The notes beneath the pieces were generated by a model. It had not been told where the DNA came from. It saw nothing but the letters and a program-made list of their open reading frames with translations, and did not search any database. From Raillietiella orientalis (taxonomy: Eukaryota), in NCBI GenBank assembly GCA_036172245.1, contig JAYWIR010000030.1:1178001-1242000 (forward strand): a stretch of 64,000 bases of DNA. The letters run 5' to 3'. This document shows, piece after piece, positions 1-12,479 of the stretch. The position numbers were made by a program, and so were the translations under genes. Positions within the stretch are counted from its first letter, which is position 1. The number at the start of each line of letters is the position of its first letter.

Positions 1-3000
1 CGTGTGGGCAGCACACTTCCTTTCTCATCTCCTCCCAGTGCCTTCCTCTTCTTCCTTCTCATTGGGGTGCTCCACCAGAGAACTCTTCAGGACCGCTTCG
101 GTCTTCCTGATCTTCCTAATGTCTTTCCCGGAGGTCTTCATTCCAGTTCCACGGCACTGCGACACCCTGCTGTCCGGACCTTCCCGGAAGGCTCACAGAA
201 GAGGGGCTGCTTCTCCGTGAGCGGAGGAGGAAGCACAAACCCCTGCATGAGCATGCCCATATCTCACCACACATCCCGTGTGCAAGCACACGCGAAGCAC
301 GCGCACACTTCGGAAGTTCGCCACGCTTAGGACTTCACGAAAAGGGCTGTTTCTCCGGGCGTTCCCTCGTGGGCAAGAAGCCGCAGGATTTCTACAGAGT
401 CACGTCGCTAGAGCGCGTGACGAGTAAGCAGGTGGTGCAATGGACTTTCGGTTCCACCGCACTATCCGCTCTTCATGACTCCTCTCCTCCATTTCGGAGT
501 AGTTGGATTCGGGAGCCAGATGGAATGGGAAATGTTTCCAGACGTCTGCTCTGGGCTGAGGCATCTTCGCATCTACTCAGAGACACCGCCGGCGCAGCTG
601 GAGCACTCTGTGAGAGAGCTTTTCGAGCCTGTTCGCGCGCTGTCATGCTGAAAGAAAGCAGCCAAAGAGCGCTTGGCGAGGATTCGCCGCCGCCATAGTC
701 TGAAGCCAAGGAAGCGACAGACGCTGTCGTCGGCGCTCGATCGCTTTCGCGTTCACTTTTGCTGAGTACAGTTTGGGGCCTCGCCCTTCCCGGTGGCGCC
801 AAACTCGACGTTCACCACCAGCAGCGGCATCAATTCCAAGCCTTCCGTGTGCTCGGCATCGTCCGGCGGGGAGTCCCTCTCGAACTGGGAAGGCGCGCAG
901 AGGGGGCGTGGCTCGGAGATGGGGTCGGAGGAGAGGGGTGCTGCCGCTCCACACCTCTGTTCAAGCGCCCAGCTCTTCTTCCGCTCCCTCCGACTGGTCT
1001 GAGAGAAACGCCTTTCCATGGTACCTGCGATTCCCTGCATTCCCTACGTCCACCCGACAGTGGGCGTCGTTCTTTCCCTCTCCTGGTGATCTCGCCACCC
1101 CCTCGTCTCTGAGCACGTGCCACCTGTCCTGTCTTTTGGAAGAATGAAGAAGTGGACACTGCTAGGCGACGACGATAGCCTCGCTGTAGTCCAGTCGCTA
1201 CAAGTCCTTTTTTTCCCTTTTTTTGCAGCGGTATTGACCTAACAGCGAGTTCCGGCATCCGGCTTCATCCACCGCCTTAGGGACATCACGGAGACGCTCC
1301 AGCTCCCCTTTTGCTTTCTTCCTCCTTCGGTCTCAGCGAAGTGCGGTCGGTCCTCATCTTGCAGAAGATGAAGCAGGAGGTGGCTTCGGCCCAATCGCAC
1401 AGGAGTGGAAAAGGAGGAGGAGGAGGGAGGGGAGGGAAAAGCAATTTCCCCTTCCCCCTTTTTAAATAACGCAGTCGAGCACTTCCGGACGCTGACCAGC
1501 GTCACATCCAGCGAGGCGTAAAGGCCTAGCGGCAGCATCGACGATCGGAAGTGCAGCTGAGGGTAGGCAGCGCAGGATCGAGAAGCTTCGTAAAGGCGGT
1601 CCTCTCGTTGCAGATCGGACTGCCTTTGGAAACTCCTCCGCGTTCCGTTCGACAAGGTCGATCTGCCGCGCAAGGAAGACGAAGAAGAGGAAAAGTAAAC
1701 TTTCCACTTCTTCACTGGAGCATCCGGCAGGCTGCGCTGGCCATGCGTCGCTCTCGGTCAATCAGAGGTCGAGAAGGTGCTTGCGCGAAGCTTCCAGCAC
1801 GCGCGTGGAACTTCTCCCTTCGCCCCCTCGTCTTCTAGTCTCCCCTCTCCGAAGTGGGTGCACTATCTCGGAGCCCGTGGAAGACGTGGAGGGAAGGGGA
1901 AAAGGGGGGTTGAGAGGGATCGCGAACAGCCATAGAAGCCTTCGAAACGCTTCAGAGCGTTGTCCAGTAAGCACGTCAAGGAGATGTGAGACGGACGCAG
2001 CGCTAGCAGGGATGTGCACGGGCTGAAGACGGGCGCCCCGAGAAACGAGTGCCGGCACTGGATGTGGCGCATGCGCCAACGATGAAACGCGCTCGCCTCG
2101 CTTTCCGTACGCCGCGCTGATATTCACTGTCGGAGATGTGTACACAGAGAAATCTTTCGCATTTCTTGCTAATCGAATCGCACAGGCCAAAGTACAAGCG
2201 GTTCGCCTTAATTAGTCATGGCTCTTGGTGGCACCCTCAACACCGAGGCGAGGCAGACGTGGAAGTGCGGCGAATTCGGTCGGAACCTCTCGGGAGTCGC
2301 CCGCGCATGCGCAAAACGAAGCGGGGAGATCGACGGATCTGCGTGTTCCGCTCTCAGATTCGGGCAATGTAGAGACATCTTCAAGAATGTACCAAAGTCA
2401 TTTGATTCTGTGATGCTAGGGAAATCCAGCTGTTGGAACTTTTCTGAAAGGCAAGAAAAATTAACGATTCGTGCCGTCGCAGAAAAAGACATGAATTACT
2501 GACAATTGTAAAGCACCCTCTTTCGCCAACGGTCTTTCTCTTCCCTCTCTCTTTTTTTCTCCTTCCGGAAAGCTATTTTTATTTCTGTTTTCTAAAGCAA
2601 ACAATCAATTAAGATAGAGGGGAGAGCCCAAAAGGCAGAAGAACAAAATTAGTAGCGAAAGAAATTCCCCTGCACTACGTAAAAGTGAAGATGTGGGTAC
2701 ATTAGGAATTTCAGCACGTGTGGGGGAAGTCCAAAACACACAGCACTGACAACATCAGTTTGAAATGCCAGTTCCAATAAGATCAAAAGATCTTTTCTAG
2801 CTAAACCGTATCCTCACGTTTAGGTAATGGTCTCGACAGTGAATTAGATGCTGCGGCAGCTTGTGGAAAAGAACATTACGCACGTTGCAAAACACGGAAA
2901 TACCCCATGAATGCCTTATAAATCCCGCTTCAAAGAAATACATGCACACAGAACATTAAGTAAGTGAAGAAAAACATAACATTTCAATTAGCCGATAAAG

Positions 3001-3817
3001 GAGGGAAGAGGAATTCCCCCCAAACGGCAGAGTCTGCTTGGTGCGTCAGTCTGCACCAAACCGGGACTTCCGATTAAGGATGGCTGCTCACGTTTCTCGT
3101 GTAATTCAGATTTGCATCTGGATTTTTCCCGAGGCGGTCTTGGCCAGCAGGTAGGGCGTTGCAAGAAGAGATCCGTTCTTGTAGCATGCAAGTGGGGGTT
3201 TTGTTCATGCCTTGTCTCGGAATTCAAGCCTTCAGCTGCAGGCTCATTCCTAGATTGGAGCCACGCACTTTTCTGAAGAGATGGAACTGAAGTCTTTTTC
3301 CGATTTTTATTTCTTCTTTCAAGGAATGCGTTGGCGATGAGATTCAGGCGCTGCTGACCTTGTGGCACGCGGCGGGAAGCACTCGACACTTCTCGACAGC
3401 TCCACTCGGGTTGTATTTTGTTTTTTTTCTTGCGAACTTTGGAACCATCGTGATTTTCTGGATGAAGACTGCGGTTTCGGAGCTTCCTCTCAGCGCCTTC
3501 CTGTAGCCTCTCAGCCCCGATTCGCCGCAAAGCAGCATTTTCTCCAGGAATTTTGCCCGGGGCGTGTCTTAGCCACATTTGGCTGTGGCCGAACGGTCTG
3601 CAACTCCTCTCAGGGACCGCATTCGTCTCCGCGCTAGAATTCTCAGCAAGTCAGAAGGCAGAGACACCCAGAGAGTCCAGAGTGAACCGGAAGCCTCCTT
3701 CACAACGCTTGCTTGCTCTCCTTCGTGACATCGGCGAGCGCTCTGACTGGTCCACGCATGCATTCATGTGAATGCTTTCAGCTGCATGCTTTCAGGCAGA
3801 AAAAAACCGGAGACTGA

Positions 3818-3859
3818 GATCTGACTGAGACGACTTGGCTAAAACGTCTCAGTCAGATC
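3818..3859. repeat. Perfect 15-bp inverted repeat with 12-nt loop
   Basis: GATCTGACTGAGACG (3818-3832) and its exact reverse complement CGTCTCAGTCAGATC (3845-3859). Confidence 0.95.
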
Positions 3860-4649
3860 GGCAGAGTTTGAAGACGTTTGTCTTTGAATCCTGCCGCTGA
3901 TTGGTTGAAATGGGAGCGGACCCGCACCTTCTCTGTCAGGAAGAGACACTCAGCATTTCGTGGTGATCAAACTCTTGAACTGCCTGAACCTTCCGTGTTT
4001 GTAGGTGCTTCACCACCAGCTGCACAGCATCCAGTTCTTTCATTTGACTGCACAAATACAAATCGCACATTACAGGAATGTGGACCCTTAGAAACGGGAG
4101 AGTTCAGGCCCAAGGAAACAATGGATAAGTAGGTGAAAATAGGGTAAGATGCAGGGCAACGTAAGCTACACCTGTTCTTCCGGAGTTACATGTCGGCTGG
4201 GTGGAAAACACGAGTAGGTCACAGGCGCTGTTACTCATTCTGGAGAAAAGTTTTCTCGCCCCCACAGCTTCCGTCGATTCTTTTGAGCACAGACAGAGTG
4301 CTCTGACACTTTTCCTTCACGTTGAAGCGTTTTTCATTTGCCGAGTGGCGAAGCCGCCGAGCGCCGCTGGAACCGCTGACTCGTTTCACAGTGATGGTGA
4401 CTCCTGCCGTTGTACTTTAGCAAGGAGAACCTAGGAAAGACGTCAGCGGAGCCGTCAAGGAGCAGCATCGCTGCAGGCACTACTGTCTTTCATTGCTTTC
4501 GCTTCCTCTCGTTCTTTTCTTTTTTTGATGCTCTTCAGTTCTTGAGAGCTTCCAACTCCAAGCGGTAAGCAAACAGTGGCAGGGGTGATGCGTGAAAGAC
4601 GGTCCTAGTTGTAGATAACAGCTCCGACCAAGTCTCCCCGCACCATGCT

Positions 4650-5450
4650 CTCCTACTGCCCTCCTACTTTCTGAGGCCCTGGTTCTCTGCTGCTTCGAAG
4701 TCGCTCCCTAGTAGATCCTTGATCTGCCCTCCGGAGTTGGCGCCGACCCGCCACTGGATATCCTTCGGAAGTGGGAAGCCCCAGCGGAACTTCGAGCGGA
4801 GGAGCCCTGGCTGGAGAAATTACAAGACACCCCGACTGGAGGGAGAACAGGACGCGGGTATAGTCCGTCCTCGAAGGAGCAAGCAGGGAGGCGTCGCCGC
4901 GCGCTCACCCCACTTTTGTCCTCGGGATGGAGGAGCGAACGACCTGGTGCACGGCTTCGTTTCCGTGGAGTCAGGGAAGAAGCTGGCACAGTGTGGTCGA
5001 GAAGCAGCAGTTTGCTCCTGCACGCGCGGTGCAAGGAGGTCGGCGTCCAGCGCATCCCACGAGGCCACGGTTGATTGCCGGTTGCACATGTTCACTGCTG
5101 CGATCCCGCATATCGTTAGGGGAGATTAAGGTTCCATCGATCCCGACGTTTCCGAGTGTCGAGAGGTCTAAAGAGTCTCAGCGGATCGGGAAAACGAAAG
5201 GATGCGGGGGGGGGGGACGCAAGGCTGCGTCTTGCTGCCGCCGTCTCTGCACCTTGCCCTGCCCACCAGGGAAGCGGTCGCTCAAAATGCTCCCCTCCGC
5301 TCCCCGGATGCGATTTCCCGATCCACGGCTCTCAGGATCGTTGTTTGCCTCAGGAACAACCCGTGGCGGGACGTTCGTCACAAGAAGGCAGGTGGGGGTG
5401 CTCCGCTCGGCCGCAGAAGGCAAACGGAGTTACGAGGCGACGACGGCGTG
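4650..5450 (+). mobile_element. Degenerate L1/Tx1-like fragment (ORF1-like plus possible ORF2 C-terminus)
   Basis: PPELAP...FERRSPGWRNYKTPRLEG resembles Tx1-type ORF1 and the segment at ~24600. LHLALPTREAVAQNAPLRSPD resembles the lead-in to zf-RVT. Frameshifted; by-eye only. Confidence 0.3.
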
Positions 5451-5869
5451 ATGGAGTGGGAAGATGGATTCCCTCTCCTCCTCCTCCCCTCCCCCCTTAT
5501 CCGCGGGAGGGAGTAAACCGTTCCCCTTCCGATGGAGCATCCGGAATCGGGCCACGGCTCGCTGTCGCCAGCTAGAGCGAGAGGTGTGTCCCGGGCGCGC
5601 TGCGGGCGCTGCGAGCGAGCGCCTCCTCGCGCGGTTTTCGTTTCCTCGACTTCTTGGAGACGCTGCTGTGGACCTTCCGCCCGGGATCCGTCCTTGCTGA
5701 GCAAATGTTTTGCTCCCGACTATCTCGCTTCCACAGTCCCCGTCCTGAAGGCTGGAGGATGCGTGCTCCGCCGCCGCACATACTCGTTCCCTGTAAGCAC
5801 GCGGCGCTCACACGTTCCTCAGCCGTGTGGGTCGGGGAGTCGCCACGGAGTCGACCCGAAGCCCAAGGG

Positions 5870-8800
5870 CAGATCCCTCTCTTTTTTTCTTCAGCTGATC
5901 CGTCGTCTCATCCCGCCCTTCCCCTCAAGAGGTGCTGCGCATCGCCTGCGCCTTCCTCGTTTTCTGGGAGCGATCTGAGGATGAGTGAGGCTGCGATCTC
6001 CGTCTCTTTCGACACCTCTTCACTTCAGAGGGGGGCATCTCTGCTGGGACATCATCGAGTTCTTTCAGCAGAAAGGGCAGGAATCTTTGAGGACGTACTC
6101 CTTGCTTCGGGCGTGCTCGGGAGCTGCAGAGGGCGCGATCGACTCGCTCTGAGGTGCTTCTGAGGACCCGAAGGCTCTTCAAACGGATGGGGTTGGCGGA
6201 GAAGGGTCTCGTCCCGTGAAAGGACGTTTCCTCGGCAACATCCACCTCAACAATCCGCGGAAGTGCGGGCCTCCGCGGATCTTCCATCAGGAGTGAGCTC
6301 GCGCTTGAGATTTTCAGCCAACAGGTCCAGAACTCGAAGGTGGTCAGGTGGTCCTCTCTGACGATGCTTCCGGACATCCTTCGTGCAGAGCGCAAGGTCC
6401 CTCATCATGGAGTCGCTCTTCACGGTCTAGATAGAGATGAATTCCAAGCACTGGAAGAAACTCTCCAGCAGGCTGTTGGTCCAGCAAGGCTCTGTGGGTC
6501 AGGTCAGCCCTCTCGTCCACGCGAAAACGGACGCCAGGGGATCGGTGGACGTTTCTCTGTCCTGCTGGTGCAGTCTGTAGTGCCTGGTGACGGTGCCATG
6601 AGCAGCTTCTGGACTACAAGGTCTTTCCGTACTCAGTGCAGGACTGAAGTCACCTGTAGGCCGCGCCCATCCGTTCAGTGGGAGGCTGTGTGATGCGTTG
6701 GGCCCGTTCTCCCCAGCGTCTCGCCGACTACAAGCTCACCCGTCCTGGCTGTCTGCAGTGCATAGCGGGGTCCCAGACAGGAGGCGGTGAGGGAGTGGGC
6801 GCAGCCCGGATGCAACGCTCATGGGTCACCTCAGGTGCACCAGCGGGTACGGCGCCTGGATCGGCGGCATCGAGAAAGCGCGACGCATAAGGAGGTGGGA
6901 GGGAATCCTAACCACCCAGGCCGTGCAGCAGACTCCGCCGCAGCCCTGACCTCGTCCTGAGAAGGGGAAAGGGCGACGCACCCTTAATCCCGGAAGCGCG
7001 CCGCCCGCCTCGGAGGCACGGGAGCAGCAACGCTCGAGGAGCTGAGTGCGGGCGAAGCGAAGACGTCGGCAACGTTTCCTTGCTTCCAGAGGGGGCGGAG
7101 CGCCGATTCGGGGGACAGTCGACGGTACGCCTGAGTCCCAGGAGCGACTCTTCGGGAACATTGAAAACCTCCCCCTTCCTCTTTCACTGATCGAGGGACC
7201 GCGACTGCTTGATGCACCCGGAAGGCAGCCACGTTCGCACCCACGGCTCTCAGCTCCTGGTCACCAAGGTGAACCGTCTCTGGATTACGGAATGAAGAAG
7301 TAAACAGGGGAAGTCGGCGGAGAGGTCCCGTGACTTCTCCGGTAGAGCTGGTGGAGCTTGGTCCGGCGGCGGACGCTGCTTTGGAAGCGATGGAGATGGT
7401 CCTGTTGATCCGAGTGAACCAAAGGGGCAGTAAAAAATGAAGGGAGACGCGATCTTCTGACCTCCTTCTAGTCCTTTTGCCCGTTGCGGGGCTGCAGTGA
7501 CTCCTCCTTCATTCGCGCCTGCGCATTCGTGATGCGACTTCCAGCTGGAGGCCTCCCCAGCCCGCTGTCCAAAGCCACAGCCCTTCCCGCCCCGTTGCAT
7601 GAGAAGCCCATGTTCCTCGGGGTCCAAATCCCTGCGAGGCGCCGCCTCCAGGGCACTGGAGGGACGGGCCAGAGGTGCGTGCAACAGCGTGCACACCTCG
7701 AACACCGACGCCGGTTGTTCAAGGAGCCCCCTTCCACCTCTCGGGAACCCAAGCGCTGGTCCGCGCGATTGGCCACCCATCCTGAAGTCGCGGGGTCCTC
7801 GAAGAGCTGGGGGCGAGTCGGAAGCGGCTCTGCGACCTTCCTGGCGTCTCCTGACCAACTTCTCGTCTGTCGGGAGCTGCGCCGCTGCTCCCGAAATCCT
7901 CCACCCACTCCCGCATCAGTCGGCCCTAGTTCCAGGTCTTGGCTGTCCGCTCCCGGACGATTCCCTCGTCGCCAGGACTCCCCTCTCCGTGGGTCTCACG
8001 CGTGTCGAGGCGTCCCCGACGACCGCAAGGCGTCTTATTTTGTCCAGAGAAGGCGCTGACTGCCAGCTGAGCACCTACGGTCCACAAGGGGGGGAGAGGG
8101 AAGGGGAGAGGGAGGGGGAGAGGTCTCCTATCTTTCCGGAGGGCTCCCCATCAACAACGCTGCAGGGGCACTTTCGAAAGGGCGGGCGACGTCCAGGGTG
8201 GACGTTCCCCTGCCTTCGTGCAGCACCAGACCCGGAAGGAGCAGCGGTGGCGGTTGCCTCGCTGCTGGTTTCTCCCGGCAGCGCCAATGTCCGTCGGAAA
8301 GCCAAGGGTTCGGAACATTCGTTGCCTCCCCTTCCTATTCCTCTTCCCGTTCTTTCCTGCTCCTAAAATCCCGTCTCGGACGATCCTTCTCCCGAGACGA
8401 CAAAGACGGGCAGGTCGAGGTGGCGATGTGGGGCACGGGAAATCGTCCCCTTCGCCTGTCGTTCCACACACCCGTACTCGCGCGGCGGAACCTTCTGACC
8501 CTGCCGCGCGCGAGGGGTCACCCCTTGCAAAGAGCCGCTGCTGCACCGAACGGCTGTCTTGCTCACTTCCAGGTTTCCACGGTTTCCTCTCGCTGCAGAA
8601 GAGGTTCCCTCTGGGAGAGGAGAATACGCATCGCGTGTTTTCCCCCTCCGTGCGTAGGGGCTGTGTCCCCCAGGGGATCTTGTATCAAAGCGAGGTGTGA
8701 ATTCTGAAGCGGGCTGCGTGGAAGGAGCCTCTGCTGTCGTTCCCGCGCTCCTTCCAGAGGGCGTCGTCCGCCCCGACGCCAACCGGCGTGCAGAGTCTGG

Positions 8801-11800
8801 CATTCACCTCCCCCGGGACCACCTCATTTAACCGCGGCATTAACGCCTTTCTCAGACGGCCTGCTCGTTTCCGGATGGGTTTTTTCCAGGACAGATTGGC
8901 GTATGAGCGCCGATGATGCTGGAGCTCTTCTTTTGTCCTTCCCGTGTCCTTCTTTTCGCCGCCTTCCCCTCTCGCATCCGTCTCTGTTGGAGGCTAAGCG
9001 TGCATCCGTTCGATGAGGTCCGGAATTCTCACAGTGTACACGAGGGGCTCGGCTCGTACGGAATCAACAACCCCCTCTCCCCTTTTCCCCTCTCCCTCTC
9101 CCCTCCAAACACAAATGACCCATTCCATTACTGCCTCCGAAAAAAAGTTGGTCATCATCTCTTCGAAGTCATCTGTCGTGAAGAGGCGCTTCAGGGAGTC
9201 CAGAACTAGTGCGGGCTAATCGTGACCCCGCGAAAGTCGCTCTCTGCTCGGGAGGCAGCGGTTCCACTCGGCAGCAGCCAATCCGAGCGCTCCAGAAGAG
9301 GGTGGGAAAGCCTCGGAAATGACCTCCGTCCTACCAACTGGGGACGAAAGAAAAGATCGACGTGAGATATTCACATCGCACTGTCGCGTGGGAATGGGGA
9401 AGGTGCGTACGTTCTCGGATTTCCGGCTGTACTCCGAGATGCCTTCCTCCGCTCCCAAGGTACCAGATTCCCTCCCGCTTCCCCCGTGATCATTTTCCGA
9501 GGTGCCATCAAACGTGCCCGACCACCGGGGCGCAGCAAGTTCATTTTTTTAAGATGCAGACCACGAGGGGAGTAGCGTCCTCTTTCCAGAGGACCGCAAA
9601 CTACCTCCAGCGGGAGAATTCCGCTTCCCGTCGGACCGCGTGCGGATGAGAGAGGGAACGGGAACTCTATCTTCCCTGCTGCGCTTCTCGAAGCGGCGAA
9701 GCCCCGAGGGGAGCATGGAGGAACATCCTGGCTCTGGTGCCGTGAGGGAGCGAAGCGCGTTGCGGAACGGAGGGGTCGGCAAGAGAGACCGGAGACCCCC
9801 ATGTGCGGATCCCCTATTCGGAGGGGTACCTTCCGAAGATCCCACCCTTGCGTTCGGGGTCAAGTAAAAGGGGGCGAGATGGACCAGAAGCATCCGATGA
9901 GCAGAGCCACCCTGCTCCAGCATCCGGAGCAGGGTGGCTCCTCTTTCCCAAGAGCCACTGCAGCGTGCCAAAGACCGGATGGTCACTCAGGAGATCTTTT
10001 GCACGCTCTGAGTCTTCAATGCAGCTAAAATCAGACCTGAGCTTGGCGTGGTCTCTCCGCAGAGCAAGAAGGTTCAATCCTAGAGCCATCAGATCCTTCG
10101 AAAGCGAAAGATGGCGCTATCGAGCGCACCCGAACGCCGCTTGAGAGAGAAGAGTAGCTCTCTCAGGATCCACATAGCCCACGCATGAGAAACACCCTCG
10201 CCCTCGAGAAACGACCTTGTGGTTACAGATCTGGAATCTGGATGCTCCACCAACGTCAGCACGGCGCCCGAAGCTCGCGAGAGTGGCGAAGCCATCCGAA
10301 TGGCCGCCACCCAATCTCCCGCTGCCCATTTCATCCGCGTCTGGTTTGTCTGCCCCTTTTCTGAACGTGGGCGAAGGTGGCGGTTTGAGACGTTGTCTGA
10401 TGCGCCTGGCGTAGATTTGGTATCTTTTGGATGTCCAGGAAGGCTAAGACGGCAGCTTTCGCGTCTTAAGCTGCTGTAGGCTGAAACGGATCACCCTTTG
10501 TGATCAGTCTGTCTCTTTGCTTACGAGGAAAGCAACAACAACAACGAAAAAGAAACGCGAAAAACCGAAAGCTCTCAAATGAGATCTGCCTATTCCAGTG
10601 AGGGGCAGAGATGGATGAGAGGGAGCTTTGCATTCTCATTCAGATCGATCACATTCCAGGAATCCGGTCGCCTGCTCCTCGAATCGTTAATTTTATCTAC
10701 GAGGCATCTCCCCCTAAAACAAAGAGGATTGCCAGCTTTTATCTTTTTTTGTGCAGGTGACATTTGGAATTCTTCCTCGAGAATGGTCTTCCCCCTCCTT
10801 GTTTAGAGCAGCCGAGTGTACTGCTGTAGAACTGGGGAAGTGAATGAGGGCTGGTTGAGGACGCAACTTTTGCTTCTCTTCTACGCAGGTCAGGAGTGAC
10901 ATCTTCCTCCTTTGCCTCCGAAGGAGAGGGCCGCAGTGTGGAACACTTTCGTCGCCTCCGTTCCCTACTTTTCATTTGTCCCCCCCACCGGAGAGGATCA
11001 GAAAGCGGACGAAGGACCTCCTCACAATCGCCCTTTGGGGTAAGGGGAGATCCCGAGAACAACTGAAGGACAACTACACTCCGCGTGGGGACGGCGGTCT
11101 CTATTTCCTGACGCTGGAGCGACTAAAGCTCCAGCTCCAGTTCCGGATACTTGCCCTCAAATACTTGCCGTGGAAAGTTGTAGAGCACCACTGGTGCGAC
11201 CTTGCACGCCACCTCGTCGAGCAAGCTGCCTACAGCACGTGACTTGCGTCCTTCCTTGCACACCGCCTCCGCAACGTCTTTCACTGCGGACTGCAGCTCC
11301 GGCGAGTGGCAGCCCTGTAGAGAACCCAAGATACCTGGATCTCCTGCCACCCCGCGAACGGTAGTGCCTGGTTACAGGAAACCATTCGCACGTGAGCGAA
11401 GAGCATCGAGCCATGCTCGGAACAGGCGCAGAGTTTGCTGAGCTGTTCCCTTAACAACTCCTCACTCCGCCAGATCCTGGAACACCCTTTCAAGAGTGCG
11501 TGGGCAGGAAGAACCTCCTTCGCCACAGTGCTGTCCTCCCTGAGGGAACATATGGGCAACAGAAGACTTGCGGCTAGATGGGAATTATGTGAACATCTCC
11601 AGACGAAGAAACAGACTGAGCGAGTGGATGACGGATCAGCTTGCAGACTCTGCGACCCCGAGTGTACTACCACGAGGACTTTTGATCTGGGGCAAGCGAC
11701 TGGGTGTTCCTGAGGAAGATCTGTAGCGGCCCCCAGTGCTTTTGGACACCCACACCCTCCCATTGAAGTGGCAGAAGTCGGCGCTGCTGCTTTTGCACTG

Positions 11801-12464
11801 GGGCCTCCCTTGCAACGCCTGCCAGCATCACAAGATACGAGGGGGGGGGGAGGGGGGATGAATCCGAGTTCTTCCAAGTGAGAGAAGCGCATATCTTTCC
11901 GCACCTGCCTGTGGATTGTGCTGCCCTCCAGCCCCTCTGGAAACGCTTTGCCCAACCCAAGGAACGCCCGGCGGTAACTCCAGGGACTCTCTGAAACCCC
12001 ACTTTGTTCGCGACGCCTTTCGGCCGGCAGCCTCACTGGCGGCTCTATGCCGCCTATGCGGGATTGTAGCTGCCTGGAGCGACGCAAGAGGAGGGCGCAG
12101 AGACAGCGATGCCATCCACTTCACCGTCCGATTCATGAGGATGGCAATGAGATGGCCTCATCTTAAGCACTACGTAAAATAGCAAGAGCTTGCAGACATC
12201 CTCGAAAGGATGCAGAGGACCGCTACCAGTGGAACGCGATCCCTTCCAGCACCCACCCAAATTTCACCCACCCATTTCCTTTTTTGTTTCTTTTTGTTTG
12301 CCCCCTTCCCCTCTGCTGCCGTGGTGGACCTCGCCGGTTTGCATACCGCTAACCCGGCAGGCTCACGATGGATTGCACGTGGTTGGACTACCGGCCCAAC
12401 CACAGAAACTACGATTGTTTGTTTTTGTATACGAAATAAACGCCCCGGCGCACTCAAGTGACAC
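5870..12464 (+). mobile_element. Near full-length decayed L1/Tx1-like non-LTR retrotransposon
   Basis: Colinear relic motifs: ORF1 start MSEAAISVSF (ATG 5981) and VALHGLD; endonuclease-like TSFNRG (~8820), LTVYT (~9030), RSRI...RDHFP (~9410-9500); RT-like RPDG (~9975); ALWGKGRSR...PRGDGGL (~11030-11100). C-terminus is homologous to 23820-24060 and 25900-26140, followed by a T-rich 3' UTR and AATAAA at 12435. Many stops and frameshifts. Confidence 0.7.
9904..9940. repeat. Perfect 15-bp inverted repeat with 7-nt loop
   Basis: GAGCCACCCTGCTCC (9904-9918) / GGAGCAGGGTGGCTC (9926-9940). Confidence 0.95.
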
Positions 12465-12479
12465 CTTGTTTTCTTCTGT

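Noticed and set aside
600..1780. Possible Ty3/gypsy gag-protease relic on the minus strand (KKWKVYF..., EVLDCVI)
   Set aside because: No intact CCHC or D(T/S)G motif and no LTR pair seen; too weak to call.
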